The notes under the pieces: model-generated
The model's input: the letters and a program-made list of their open reading frames with translations, nothing else
Database searches by the model: none
What the model was told of the DNA's origin: nothing
Program-made: the position numbers and the translations under genes
Assembly: GCA_963575745.1 (NCBI GenBank)
Contig: CAUYUJ010000116.1
Location: 1-64,000 of the forward strand
Reading direction: 5' to 3'
Length of the DNA stretch: 64,000 bases
Origin: Prorocentrum cordatum
Taxonomy: Eukaryota
Shown: positions 1 to 10,863 of the stretch, piece after piece
Layout of the letters: the number at the start of each line of letters is the position of its first letter
How positions within the stretch are numbered: position 1 is the stretch's first letter

Positions 1-154
1 AGGAGGGCGGGAGGAGGCCCGCCCGCGCCGCCTCGCGCGCGCGGCGCTGCCGCGAGGCCGCCAGCCACCAGGCGGAGAGGCAGGGCGCGAGCAGGGGGCT
101 GCAAGCCTGTCGCGCGGAGAACAGCGCCGCGCACGGAGCGGCGGCGCCGCGCGG

Positions 155-287
155 ACGACGGCGACGACGACGAGGAGGAGAAGGAGGAGGACGAGGAGGA
201 AGAGGAGGAGGAGGTGGAGGAGGACGAGGAGGAGGACGACGATGACGAGGACAATGACGAGGACGACGATGACGAGGACGACGATGA
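155..287. repeat. GAC/GAG/GAT trinucleotide low-complexity tract (left LINE flank)
   Basis: Direct reading; the same tract resumes at 6278-6432. Confidence 0.9.
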
Positions 288-1295
288 ATTTTTCCCCGCG
301 CGGGCGAGCATCAATATTCCATCCAGGTCCGCACACCGCGAGCAGCTGCGGCGCGGCGGCGAGCGAAGCCCGCCACCATCCATATCGCGCAGGAGGGGGG
401 GGCAGCGGCAGCAGAGGGGCAGCGAAGGGGAGAGAAAGGACAGGGTACTGGATGCCCGCGCACAACGGGTGGCCGATCTTCGCCCACCCGTGGGAGGTGC
501 CGAGGTACCTCGCGCGCGGGGCGGGGCGGGGCAGCACTGCCCGCACCGATCCTCCCGAACGAGAGTCCTCGGCAGCGGGGGGGCGCACTCGGTGACGGGG
601 GAGGACAGAGTCCATGCCCCGCAAGCCTCGGGCGCTTGCAACCCAGGCCACCGTCACCACGACCCACAACCCAGGCACGAAACACGCCTAGACAAAATCG
701 AGAGGCAGGCACCCTACCTCCCAGAGAGGCGCAACGGGCACAGTTGATCAGGCCGTCGACGGGGCGGGCGGCGGGGGCGGCAGGGAGCGGCGGGGCGGTT
801 GCACGCGCGCCCCCGCGCGCACTCCCCCAGCCAGGCGGGGGCCCAACCCCAGCAGCGCCAGCACGCGCACGGAGGAGCAAGCAGCAGGAGGACCGAGGGG
901 GCGGGCCGGGAGAAAGGCAGGGGAAAGAGGGGAAGGCAGGGGCGGGCAAAACCGAGGACACAACAACGCCCACCCCGCAGGGGAGGGGCAGCGGGGAAGG
1001 CAGGGAGACGGAAGACAGCAAGCGACAGGAGAGGCAAGGGAACACAATGACAAGCACTAGAGCACACGCGCGAGAGGTGAGAGGGGGCGGTCGCACTCAG
1101 ACAACATCACTTCACGAGGCATCCCACCCAATACACTGTGCCCAGAACTGCCGTGCCACAATCAAATCACGCATGGCGTCAAGGATCTGCTCGGTGTCCC
1201 TCTTGCCCTCTGCGCATGTACTGGACTTGGTGCACAACGGGAGGCCGATCTTCGCTCACCCGTGAGATACCGAGGTGCACTCCGACGACATCCCT

Positions 1296-4200
1296 TCATG
1301 TGGCAGCACGCCCAGTACGCCGTGCCCTGAACTGTCGTGCAACACCAGTATACCGACGAGCCAGAAGACGCAATCGTGCCACGAAGACCTGGGACGAGGG
1401 GACCTGTGTCAAACGTCGATGATGGGCGTGCGTCTTAAGACATGCATCGATGAAGGCAGCACAGGCAACGTCGCGGTCGAGCCCCCAGGAAGGTCCCATC
1501 AGACATAGACAGGTAAGCCAGGTGTCACGGTGCTGCCACATCTCCCTCCACGGCGTGGGTAATGCTTCCAACCCAGGGAGACGGTGCAGTGCAAGGTCAC
1601 GGAATCCATCGCAGATTTTATAATGGTGAAGGTCATCGGGGGCCACACGCCCAAAGCAGAACCCACGGTCATTCGCATGAAATCGTGCCGGAGTACAAAC
1701 GCCCCTGGACAGTGCACGTAGAACGTTGGTAGCCAGATGGGTGCACGCGGCACGCTCCACTGCGCGCAATATTGTCCGCAGGCGGAACATATCCTCAGGA
1801 GATGCAGCAACTGACCACCTCGATACCCGTACACTCAGACACAACAAGGGAGTGGCAGCCATACGAACCGACCGTAAGTGCCTATGGACCTTGGCCTGGA
1901 TAAGCCGGGCAGTTCGACCAATTGGAGAGTTCGCGAGGTCCGCAGCATCCTCATTCGTCGTGCGCATCATCGAATGGCACCACCACCCAGGGAACATACG
2001 GGCAGGGATAAATTCATCATCAGCCAAGCCACTAGATAAGCCATCTAACTCATACGGCGCCACATCTAATGCCTTGCACCGCACTATCACCCGGAATTTC
2101 GTAGCTTCATCGTGCAGTCCCAGGTCCACGAATTCAAGCGAGATCCCAAGGTCACGTAACTGGGTGAGCATAGTGTAGTTCAACGCGTGCCGAGGTCCCG
2201 CTGTTAGTATCTGCAATGCTTCCCTGTACTGACGACGAACCCCTGGGGTGACCCTCGCCAGCTGAATCCGATACTGCAAGACTGAGAGGCAATGAGAGTG
2301 GAACATGCGGGTGGTGGTCGCCAAGCCCAGCGAGAGAGAGAGCGAAGAAGACGAGATCGCTGCCAGAACTTATCCATCGTTTCCACCCAAGCCACCTCAT
2401 GGGCCGAAGGGCCCACCCAGAATCCGAGGTGCAAAACTCTGGTGGCGAAACGAACTGATGCGAAACGGCTGCATTTCCGAGTCATGTGAGCAGCGAGGGC
2501 ATCTCCACTCAACGCCCCGCAGATCAGGACGCAGCATTTCCCCACATTCAATGAGAGACCAATCGCGGAAGAGAGCAAGTCAAGAAGCAGCCGGGCGGGC
2601 ATGAGATCGATGAGAATGTCACATAGACCAAAGCAGCAGTCATCAGCGCACGCCAATTGCATACCTACCCGTTCGACGCGGCGGGGACGGATCCAGCGCA
2701 GTACGGGGTCCACGGCCAGTGCAAAGAGGGCCATAGACGCAGGGCCCCCCTGCCGTGCACCCCGTTCCACAGGGAAAACAGTTTCGGCAGCGCCCTCAAA
2801 GCAAACCGGGGCCGCGTTGTTGGCGCATAGGGCTTTGAAGAAGCCCACGGTCTCACTGGGGGCCCCCATGGCCACCAAAACGGCAACAATCCACTCAGCC
2901 AGGATCGAAGGGGACGCCGCCTTGAAGTCGGCAAACAAGGCCCCCGCCTTATCTCTCCCACACATGCGCTGGATAAGGCCCCATCTTTCTACTTCCACGA
3001 CATTGTCTAGAATGTTACGCCCACGAACCCCACCACGCTGGGAGACCCCCACTGTCTCAGGAGCGACGTCGTTGAGCCCCAGACAGAAGGCATCGGAGAG
3101 CATCTTCGCATCCGCATTCGCCAGGGAGAGCGGGCGGGTGGAGGCAGGTGCACGAGAGACAAGTCGCTGCGATCCCTGGGGTCGCTGCCCTTCGGGAGGA
3201 ACACCATCCGACTAACCCGACATTCAAAAGGGAGAGCCCCTCCTCCACTGTTGAAAACCTCATCGTAAACCTCGAATAACGCATCGGTCGCCTCGGGGAC
3301 CTTCCAGCACCCATACGGGATCCCGTCAGGGCCAGGAGCAGAATGAAACTTATGGCCGACACGGCCCCGAAACTCATCCGCGTCAAGTTTCCACCGTGGG
3401 GCAGTAGTACAGCCGCCAATAGTCTGAACATGGGTCAGTATTTCTTCCCAATGAGTCGGGCCGTAATCAACCCGCGCAATAACCTTACTCCAATGGGCAA
3501 CCAGTGCCGCAGAAGCCGCTTCTGGGGAGGCACACGGGGTCCCGCTCTCGTCCAGAACGCCTTGCAGCCCAGTCCTCCTCCTCATGAGATCCCACCCACG
3601 CCTAAAAGCAACCTGCCTCCGCCTCTTCTTGGCCCTGACCTCCTCCACTTGGTTGCTATGACCCACCTCCTCCAATTCCGCATCAAACCAGCGCCCCTTC
3701 AAGGTTAGTGCCAAACTGTCGAGGCCATCAGGATCAGCGCGCACTCCGCCGTCGACGTCGAAGAAAGGCAGGAGAGAGGCGTAGCAACGGATGGCGCCAA
3801 GACAGAGATGTCACTGCCGACCCCTCCGCCCACGGTATGCCATGAATGCAAAGTGTAGCCGTTCCGCATCCTTGTCCGCTGGCCGACACTTAAGGGTCTT
3901 CTTAAATTCCACAGCTGCCGTACCAAACACTTCTTTCACCCTCGCGAGTTTCTGAGCGGGGCCCGATGGGAGCGTAAGCTCCCGCAGCTGTTCGGAAACC
4001 AGTATGTGGTAGTCGGCATGCTGGCTGATCCATTTCGGAACCGAGAAACGACCCTTCGGGGTCGGGAGGGAAACCGCGGCAGCCGCGGGAATGTGATCGG
4101 AGGAGGCCCCTGGATGCATGAGGGCGCCGACAGCGTTGACAACAACGGTCATCTCATTGAGAATACCTGCAGGAAGGGTCGTGTAAACCCGATCTAACCT

Positions 4201-5058
4201 GGCCAGCCCCCTCAGTTCCCGATTCACAATATACCTTCTGGTCGGGTCGGGTTGGTACAATTCACACCAGTGGCCACAATGCTCCTGAAAAGCATCACAT
4301 TGCAAACGGTCCCCAGGCCCAACCTCCCCGGATACAAGAGACCGGCCATCCTCCATCGTACAGAAGTTCCAGTCTCCCAGAATGAAAACCATGGTACGCG
4401 CTGCCGCAGGAAGATCGGCACTGATGAGGCGTAAGTACTGATGATAGATACGAACGTCATCGCACGTGTTAGGCATATGAACATTGACCACTACCAAGTC
4501 GCATCGAGGTCCCCGACAATGGACAAGTAACACTCGCCCAGGAACGACCGTGCTCCGAGCGATCGAGTCGAAGCAGTCACAGAGTTCCGAAGACAGGGAG
4601 GCGACCACTCCCCCCGCGTTTCGATCCTCCAGAAAGCACCCAAAAAATTGCCCAGTCTGCATTTCGTCCCGAAGGATAACCAAGTCTGCTTCAGATCCGT
4701 GCGTCTCCTGTAAACACATGACCTGATACTGTGAGAGCAGCTGCTTGGCCCGAAGGAAGCGCGAACGTGACCGAGATGAGCGAGACGAGAGAGAGGCGAA
4801 GAGCGCGCGCGTGTTCCAACTGCAGAGAGACAGCGGACGGGCAGGACGGTAGATGCCACCAGCTTCCCCAGCAGGCGGCGAGAAGGATAGAGCACTGTCA
4901 CTTGCATGGGGTGCATCAAACTGGGCGGAGAGGGCGGACGAGCACTCAGTAGTAGAACCCACTGGACTTCCCCCCGCCGCACACTCACCTGTCGAACTGT
5001 CCGGATACTCACCGAAAGGAGCGGATCTCTGCGAACCTGGCGTGCAGGCACTGCGCAT
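1296..5058 (-). pseudogene. LINE ORF2: APE endonuclease, reverse transcriptase and C-terminal domain, broken into 4 frames
   Basis: APE motifs SWNTRAL, CLQETH, GDWN, RLDRVY, SDHIP (3811..5058). RT motifs APGPDGIP and VFLPKG (3007..3744), then DFKAA, GARQGGPAS, ACADD, LSLNVGKC, HLGF (2204..3103). Cys/His-containing C-terminus (1296..2324). The YADD motif reads CADD. Confidence 0.92.
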
Positions 5059-6098
5059 GCTGCTGCCCTCCCACTTCCGTCAACCAATCAATCTCGACGC
5101 CACGCTGCACTGTACCCGCGGCTGGGCCATCATCAACAATAGAAATCTTAACCACAGGCGCAGGGACTCCGTTGTCCTTCATCACATACACTGCACCGCC
5201 TAGCCCCGTGGACCCCACTTTGTCCGCCCCGAAGATTCTGGAGACATGCTGTCGCATATTCCCGAGGTAGTAGAACAACTTTCTCGAAGAGGGGGGAAGA
5301 TCGCGTCGGGCCCGTAGCTGTAAGTCGGGCCCGCTCTCAGGGTTCGGGAAAGGGAACGTGCCCACGGACGACGCCATCCCATGGAACGTTGTGGTCTCTA
5401 GGTTGGAATCAAAACCCAGGGAATACTTTCTTACTGCAATCGAAGGCCTTGACATGGATCGAACCCTGAGACGAGGACGGAGCACAGCGGGAGATGATGC
5501 TTTGGGCGGCTTCACGGAGCGTTTTCTCCATCAGCGGCCTTGGAAATCCAAGAACCACAAGACGCGAGGGGTTCCCCACAAGCCCAGACTCAATCTTCCG
5601 ACGGACTTGCCTTTCTTCTTCCCCACGAGGTGTCGGGGACCCAAGCCCGACGACTTTCTGAATATCCTGGATCTCGTCACGCATCGTCTGGATCATTCTT
5701 TTGAGCTCATCCCGAAGGGCAGATTCAGCGGTCTCACGGTCCTGGATGCGTTGCAAGAGGGCCCGTTCGTGGATCGCACGCATCTGCTCGAAATTCGATG
5801 CTGTCTGCTTTGCCAGTTCCGCGCGTGCCTGCTGAAGTGTCTGGAAATTCTTCTCGGCTGCGATCATCTGACCCTGGATTCCCGAGATCTGTTGGTTTAT
5901 CTCTTGCACCCCACGATTCACCTGACTGGATAAGCTGGCGACCGACGACGACAGAGGAGCGATCATGTCATGCATGGCAGCGGGGATCTTATCGGTGTCC
6001 CTCACTCCCTCCATGGTCGTACCTCCAGGGGAAGCAGGCGGAGTGGAGGCTGGCGGAGTGGTGGCAATCGATTCAGGCCAGCTATCTTCAGACGGCAT
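5009..6098 (-). pseudogene. LINE ORF1 (coiled coil plus putative RRM-like region), one frameshift near 5430
   Basis: ATG at 6098 (MPSEDSW...). Heptad-rich segment VASLSSQVNRGVQEINQQISGIQGQM...ELKRMIQTMRDEIQDIQ followed by RLVVLGFP. Continues in ORF 5009..5515 to a stop that overlaps the ORF2 start. Confidence 0.75.
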
Positions 6099-6239
6099 GG
6101 CCAGGGAGGGGAGGAAGGCGCGGCCGCGGCGGGCCGAGGAGGAGCGGCCCCGCGGGGCCAGGGGAGCGCGTCCGCTCCCGGCCTTGGTGCCTGGCCACCA
6201 GGCGCCTCGAGCGAGGTTGGGAAGTTCAGGAGAAGGCCC

Positions 6240-6254
6240 CTTGAGCCAAAATGG
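6240..6254 (-). other. Relict spliced leader (15-nt 3' part)
   Basis: Minus strand reads CCATTTTGGCTCAAG directly after the full SL, exactly the part of the SL downstream of its internal AG. Confidence 0.95.
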
Positions 6255-6277
6255 CTTGAGCCAAAAATGGCTACGGA
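6255..6277 (-). other. Full-length dinoflagellate spliced leader (DinoSL) copy, with one extra T
   Basis: Minus strand reads TCCGTAGCCATTTTTGGCTCAAG versus the established DinoSL DCCGTAGCCATTTTGGCTCAAG. Confidence 0.95.
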
Positions 6278-6432
6278 TGACGAGGACGACGATGACGAGG
6301 ACGAGGAGGACGACGGGGACGACGACTGGGACGACGACGACGAAGTGGACGACGAGGACGAGGAAGATGACGAGGACGACCACGACGACGACCACAAGGA
6401 CAACGAGGACGAGGAGGACGAGGACAACGACG
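6278..6432. repeat. GAC/GAG trinucleotide low-complexity tract (right LINE flank)
   Basis: Direct reading. Confidence 0.9.
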
Positions 6433-7229
6433 GGCACCACTTCCGCCCAGACTCGATCCCCGGACCGCTCCCGAGGACCACGGTGGCAAAGTTTTTGTTT
6501 TGCAATCCGCGTATCCAGCCGTGGCGACGAGAACCTCCCAAACAGCACCCTCACGAACCTCAATGAAAAGTTCCCCAAACAGTGCCTACACTGAAAGGGT
6601 CCCAGCGGAAATTGAAAGATGTGGCGAACATTGCCCGCCGATTTTGGTGGCCGGCTGGGTTCCGGGGTTCCCGGTTTTTGGTTTCCTTGTTCCTGTGGTC
6701 ATTGGTTCCGGTCCGATTTAAGTATGCTCTGGGTTCCCGGGTTCCTGGTCGATCTCCTTGTCGATCTCTCTATCGATCCCATTTCAAACCATCCAGTGAT
6801 TGGGGCTTCTCTCTGGTGTAATGTAGGAGGGCGCGCCGCTGGATGTCCCCAAAGGGGGAGGGGGGGAACCCTTCCCTCCCCCTCCCCTTTCCCCGATCCG
6901 TCGTCGGGGGACCCCCCCCCTCCCCTTCCAGGTCCGTCGTCGGGGAACCCCCCCCTCCCCTTCCCCCCCTTACCGGTCCGTCGTCGGGGACCCCCCCTCC
7001 CCGCCTCCCCCCTTTAAAATGGGGGGGGGTCCGAATCACCCCCCTCCTTTGGCCGCCAAATTCGACCCCCCCCCCCCCCTCACTCCCTTCGGCCCTGGCG
7101 CCCCCTGGCTGCGGAACCCTCCCCGTGCCACCCCGAACGCTAATCCTCATCCATAACCCTAGCCCCTAATCAAAACATCAAGCCCAAACCTTAGCCCCAA
7201 GCCCCTAATCAAAACATCAAAACAAAACA

Positions 7230-8422
7230 CTATTCATTACGCACTACTCACTCCCCACTACTCACTACTCGCTATTCACTACTCACTTCCCACTACTCCC
7301 TACTGACTACTCACGACTCACTACTCACTAAGCACTACTCCCTACCCACTACCCACTACTCTCGAGCCACTACTCCAAATGTACCACTCCCTACTCACGA
7401 CTCACTACTCACTACCCACTACTCGCTACCCACCACTAATCACTATGCACTTCTCATTACTCACTGCCCACAAGTCACTATTCACTACTAACTGCCCGCA
7501 TGCCACTACGCACTACCCACTACTCGCTACTCCCTACTCGCTACACAGTACTCCCTACTCACTATTCAGTACTCACCACTCCCTACTCCCTATTCGCTAC
7601 CCAGTACGCAATTTCACCAACCACTACTCACTACTCATTACTCCCTACTCCCTATTCCCTAGTCGGTACTCACAACTCACTACCCAGTACTCACTACTCG
7701 TTACTCATTACTCACTCCTCACTACTCACGATGCACTATTCTCTACTCCCTACTCACTATTCACTACCCACGAGTCGCTACCCCCCCCCCCCTTTTCACT
7801 ACTCACTACCCACTACTCGCTACTCACTGCTCGTTACTCTCGACTCAACACTCGCTACTCCCTACTCGCTACTCGCTACGCCGTACTCACTACGCGCTAC
7901 CGACTGCTCACACTTCTCTACTCGCTACTCACAACGCCCTACTCGCACCTCACGACTCACTACTCGCTACTCCCTACTCGCTACTCACTGCTCACTACAC
8001 ACTACCCACTACCCACCACTCACTACTCACTACGCACCAGTCGCTAGTCACTACTCCCTACGTTGTACTAACTACTCACTACTCACTGCTCAATACTAAA
8101 TACTCGCCATTCACTACTCTCGACTCAGTACTCACTACTCACCATGTACTACCAACTAGTCACTACCCATTACTCGCCACTCACTACTCACTCCACAGTA
8201 ACCACTACTCCCTACTCCCTACTCAGAACTGGCTACTCACTACTCACTCACTACTCGCTGATCACTACTCACTAATCAGTCCTCACCACTCACTATTCGC
8301 GAAAATCTGCTCCCGACTCCCTACTCCGAACGCCGTACACACTACGCACCACCCAATACCCACGACTCACGGTTCACTACGCACTACTCTCTACTCACTA
8401 CTCCCTACTCCGTACTCCCTAA
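7230..8422. repeat. Degenerate (CTACTCA)n heptamer satellite
   Basis: About 1.2 kb of CTACTCA/CTACTCG/CTACTCC units. Confidence 0.95.
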
Positions 8423-9261
8423 CCACCTTCTCCGTCGCAGAAAAGAGAAGCGGGGAAGGCCTCCTCCCCGGCCCCCTGTTCGGCGAAAGTGGGGGAAGGG
8501 GTGGGGGGGTCCGACCCCCCCCCTTCCAGCGCCAAGGGGGGCACAGCCGCAACACACCCGCCCGAGCGCGTCCCTGGAGGGAGGCCAGAAGGGAGGGCAG
8601 GAAGGGCCGCAGCCCTCAGATGTTGCTGCCGACGCAGAATGTGTGGCCCGGGAGTTCCCCAGGTTCAGGTGTGAGCGATGATATAAAGGGGAAAAGAAAA
8701 ATCGTCATGCGTCGCATCGACCTTGTTGCCGTTGAGAAAGCGTGCAACATCGTATGTTCATCGATTTTCCAGCCCGTGCGGGGCTCTCCGTTCAGTGACT
8801 CGTTCCCCGGCGGGATGAAGTCCGATTGAGCGGGACTGATCCAGATTGGGCAAGTTTCCGACCAGGGATATACCAGCGCCAAGTCTGAACCCAGGAGTTG
8901 CATCCAGATACTAGGGATGACGCGGCGGACCACAGCGGCAGGGCTTCTAAGAAGGCAGGGAGCCTTCTTGGAAGGCCTCAGAGGCTTCTGCGAAAGCTTC
9001 TTACCAGCCAGGCGGGCTACTCAGAAGCACCCGTCCGCCCTCTCAGAAGCTCTCCCCCCTCGCGCCCGGCATGGAACAAACAGCTGGCCCTGGGAAACAC
9101 AAAACAGCATAAACATAATATTGTTGAAATCTTTGCCGACTTCTTAGATCTGCGCCGCAGGCGGCGCAAGGTGGGCCCCAGCACCAATCCAAGAAATCCG
9201 CGCGGACCTCCGAGTCTCTATGATTATATCATTAATCGTTCTCGAACTTCTGAGTGGGTCC

Positions 9262-9790
9262 ATGATGATGAGGATGAGGATGAGGATGAGGATGAGAATG
9301 ATGATGACGGTGATGATGATGTTGATGATGATGATAATGATGATGCGGATGAGGATGATGATGAGGGTGATAATGACGAGGATGGTGATGACGAAGATGT
9401 TCGTGATGATGCTGATGGTGATGATGAGATGAATGCAAATCATGATGGCGAAAAAACGATGCTTCTGATGCTGATGATTAGGATGACGCTCATACGGATG
9501 ATGCTGTTGAGGATGATGATAATAAGGACAATGATGATGACAATGATGACGATGATGATGGTGACAATGATGATGCTAATGATGATGCTGATGATGATGA
9601 TGATGGTGATAATCATGATGATGGATGTTGATGTTGATGGTGCCATTTATGATGCCAATGATGAAGCCGCTGATAATGATGCTGATGCTGATGAGGATAA
9701 AGATGAGGATGAGGATGGTGACGATGCTGCTGCTGCTGCTGATGATCATGATGATGATGATGATGATGATGGTGATGGTGATGGTGATGG

Positions 9791-9827
<37 letters not shown>

Positions 9828-9832
9828 GATGA
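9262..9832. repeat. (GAT)n microsatellite, degenerate
   Basis: Direct reading. Confidence 0.95.
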
Positions 9833-10709
9833 AGCGGTCGCGTTTTCGGTGTACGGGCCGTACGGGGCCGTCTGGCGACCCACGATTTCCTGGAACCCGC
9901 GAGGAGCAGCCAAAAGCCTTGGGGATCTCGGGCATACTGGGACGTGCTGTTATCATGACGTACAGCTCCTCTGACATAGGGTGCAGCTCGACGTGAACAG
10001 CCCGAGCTTCTCAACTGACACCCCCAAAGGGCCCCAAGACGCCCCCAAGGCATACAAAAAATCCGAAACGGTCCCCAAGAGCCCACAGGAGATCCAAAGA
10101 GGCTCCCCGGAGATTCCCAAGAGACGTCCAAACTGCCTCCTGGGGGTCGGGGGAATAGCGTATGCCGCTTGAAGAAAGCGTAGCTCGGCATGAAAAAGCG
10201 CCAGCTTCTCAACTGACGCGACGCAGACTCCGCGGTGCAAGTGGGCGCGAACTGATGGGAGGCAGTCGTATTTTTTGGGGGGGAGCAGCGGGGGCTGCAG
10301 AAAAGGGGCCCTTCAGGGCCCCAGAGGAGGCCCTGAGGACCAGAAAAGGAGACCATTTCTTCCCCCCTCCTCCCCCCAGTAATTCGCGCCCAATGCAAGC
10401 AGCAGACCCGGGCTGCCGTGCTCCCTCTCCCCCCCCTCCCTGCCTGTGCCGCTCCCTGCCCCACGAGCCCTGGAGATCCTGTGCCTCGGAGCCCGTGCTG
10501 TCACGTTACCCGTCGCGCTGGCGCCCGTTGACTGCACAAATCCTGCCGAGAGCGCCTCGGAACGAGCCGTCGCCATCGCGACGGCCACGCTGCAGCATGC
10601 TATATCATCGCGACGCGTCGTCGTCGCTGCACGCGTCGCGATCGCGCGCAGATCCGTCGATCGCCTGTGGCTTCTGAGGGCCCAGCAACGAACAAACCAG
10701 AAGGGAATG

Positions 10710-10863
10710 ACCAGCCTGGAACATATCCCTATCCCTATGCTGGGCACCTCCTCATCACGATGCCAATCTTAGGGATTCCCTTATTCTTTGAGGGCGGATC
10801 CCTAAGATTGTCATCGCCTTTTGGCGTGTCAATCTTAGGAATAGGGATACGTTCGAGGCTGGT
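10710..10863. mobile_element. MITE family C (TIR approx. CAGCCTCGAACNTATCCCTATCCCTA); related copies at about 31428-31578 and 47445-47598
   Basis: Terminal inverted repeats ACCAGCCTGGAACATATCCCTATCCCTA / TAGGAATAGGGATACGTTCGAGGCTGGT; AAGGGAA on both flanks. Confidence 0.6.

Larger units (their letters stand above)
288..6277 (-). mobile_element. Non-LTR retrotransposon (LINE, L1/Tx1-like two-ORF architecture), near full length, frameshifted
   Basis: ORF1, APE endonuclease, RT and C-terminal region lie in order on the minus strand. Direct repeat GATGACGAGGACGACGATGA at 268-287 and 6276-6295. Short A5 run at the 3' end (T 289-293). The 3' boundary is less certain than the 5' boundary. Confidence 0.9.

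Noticed and set aside
6240..6277. SL RNA gene, or a LINE targeted into an SL RNA gene as with CRE/SLACS/NeSL
   Set aside because: The SL is not followed by a GT-initiated SL intron, it lies inside the TSD-bounded unit, and the flanks are microsatellite rather than an SL gene array.
6099..6578. N-terminal hydrophobic extension of ORF 5409..6578
   Set aside because: It is translated microsatellite, SL and UTR; the plausible start is the ATG at 6098.
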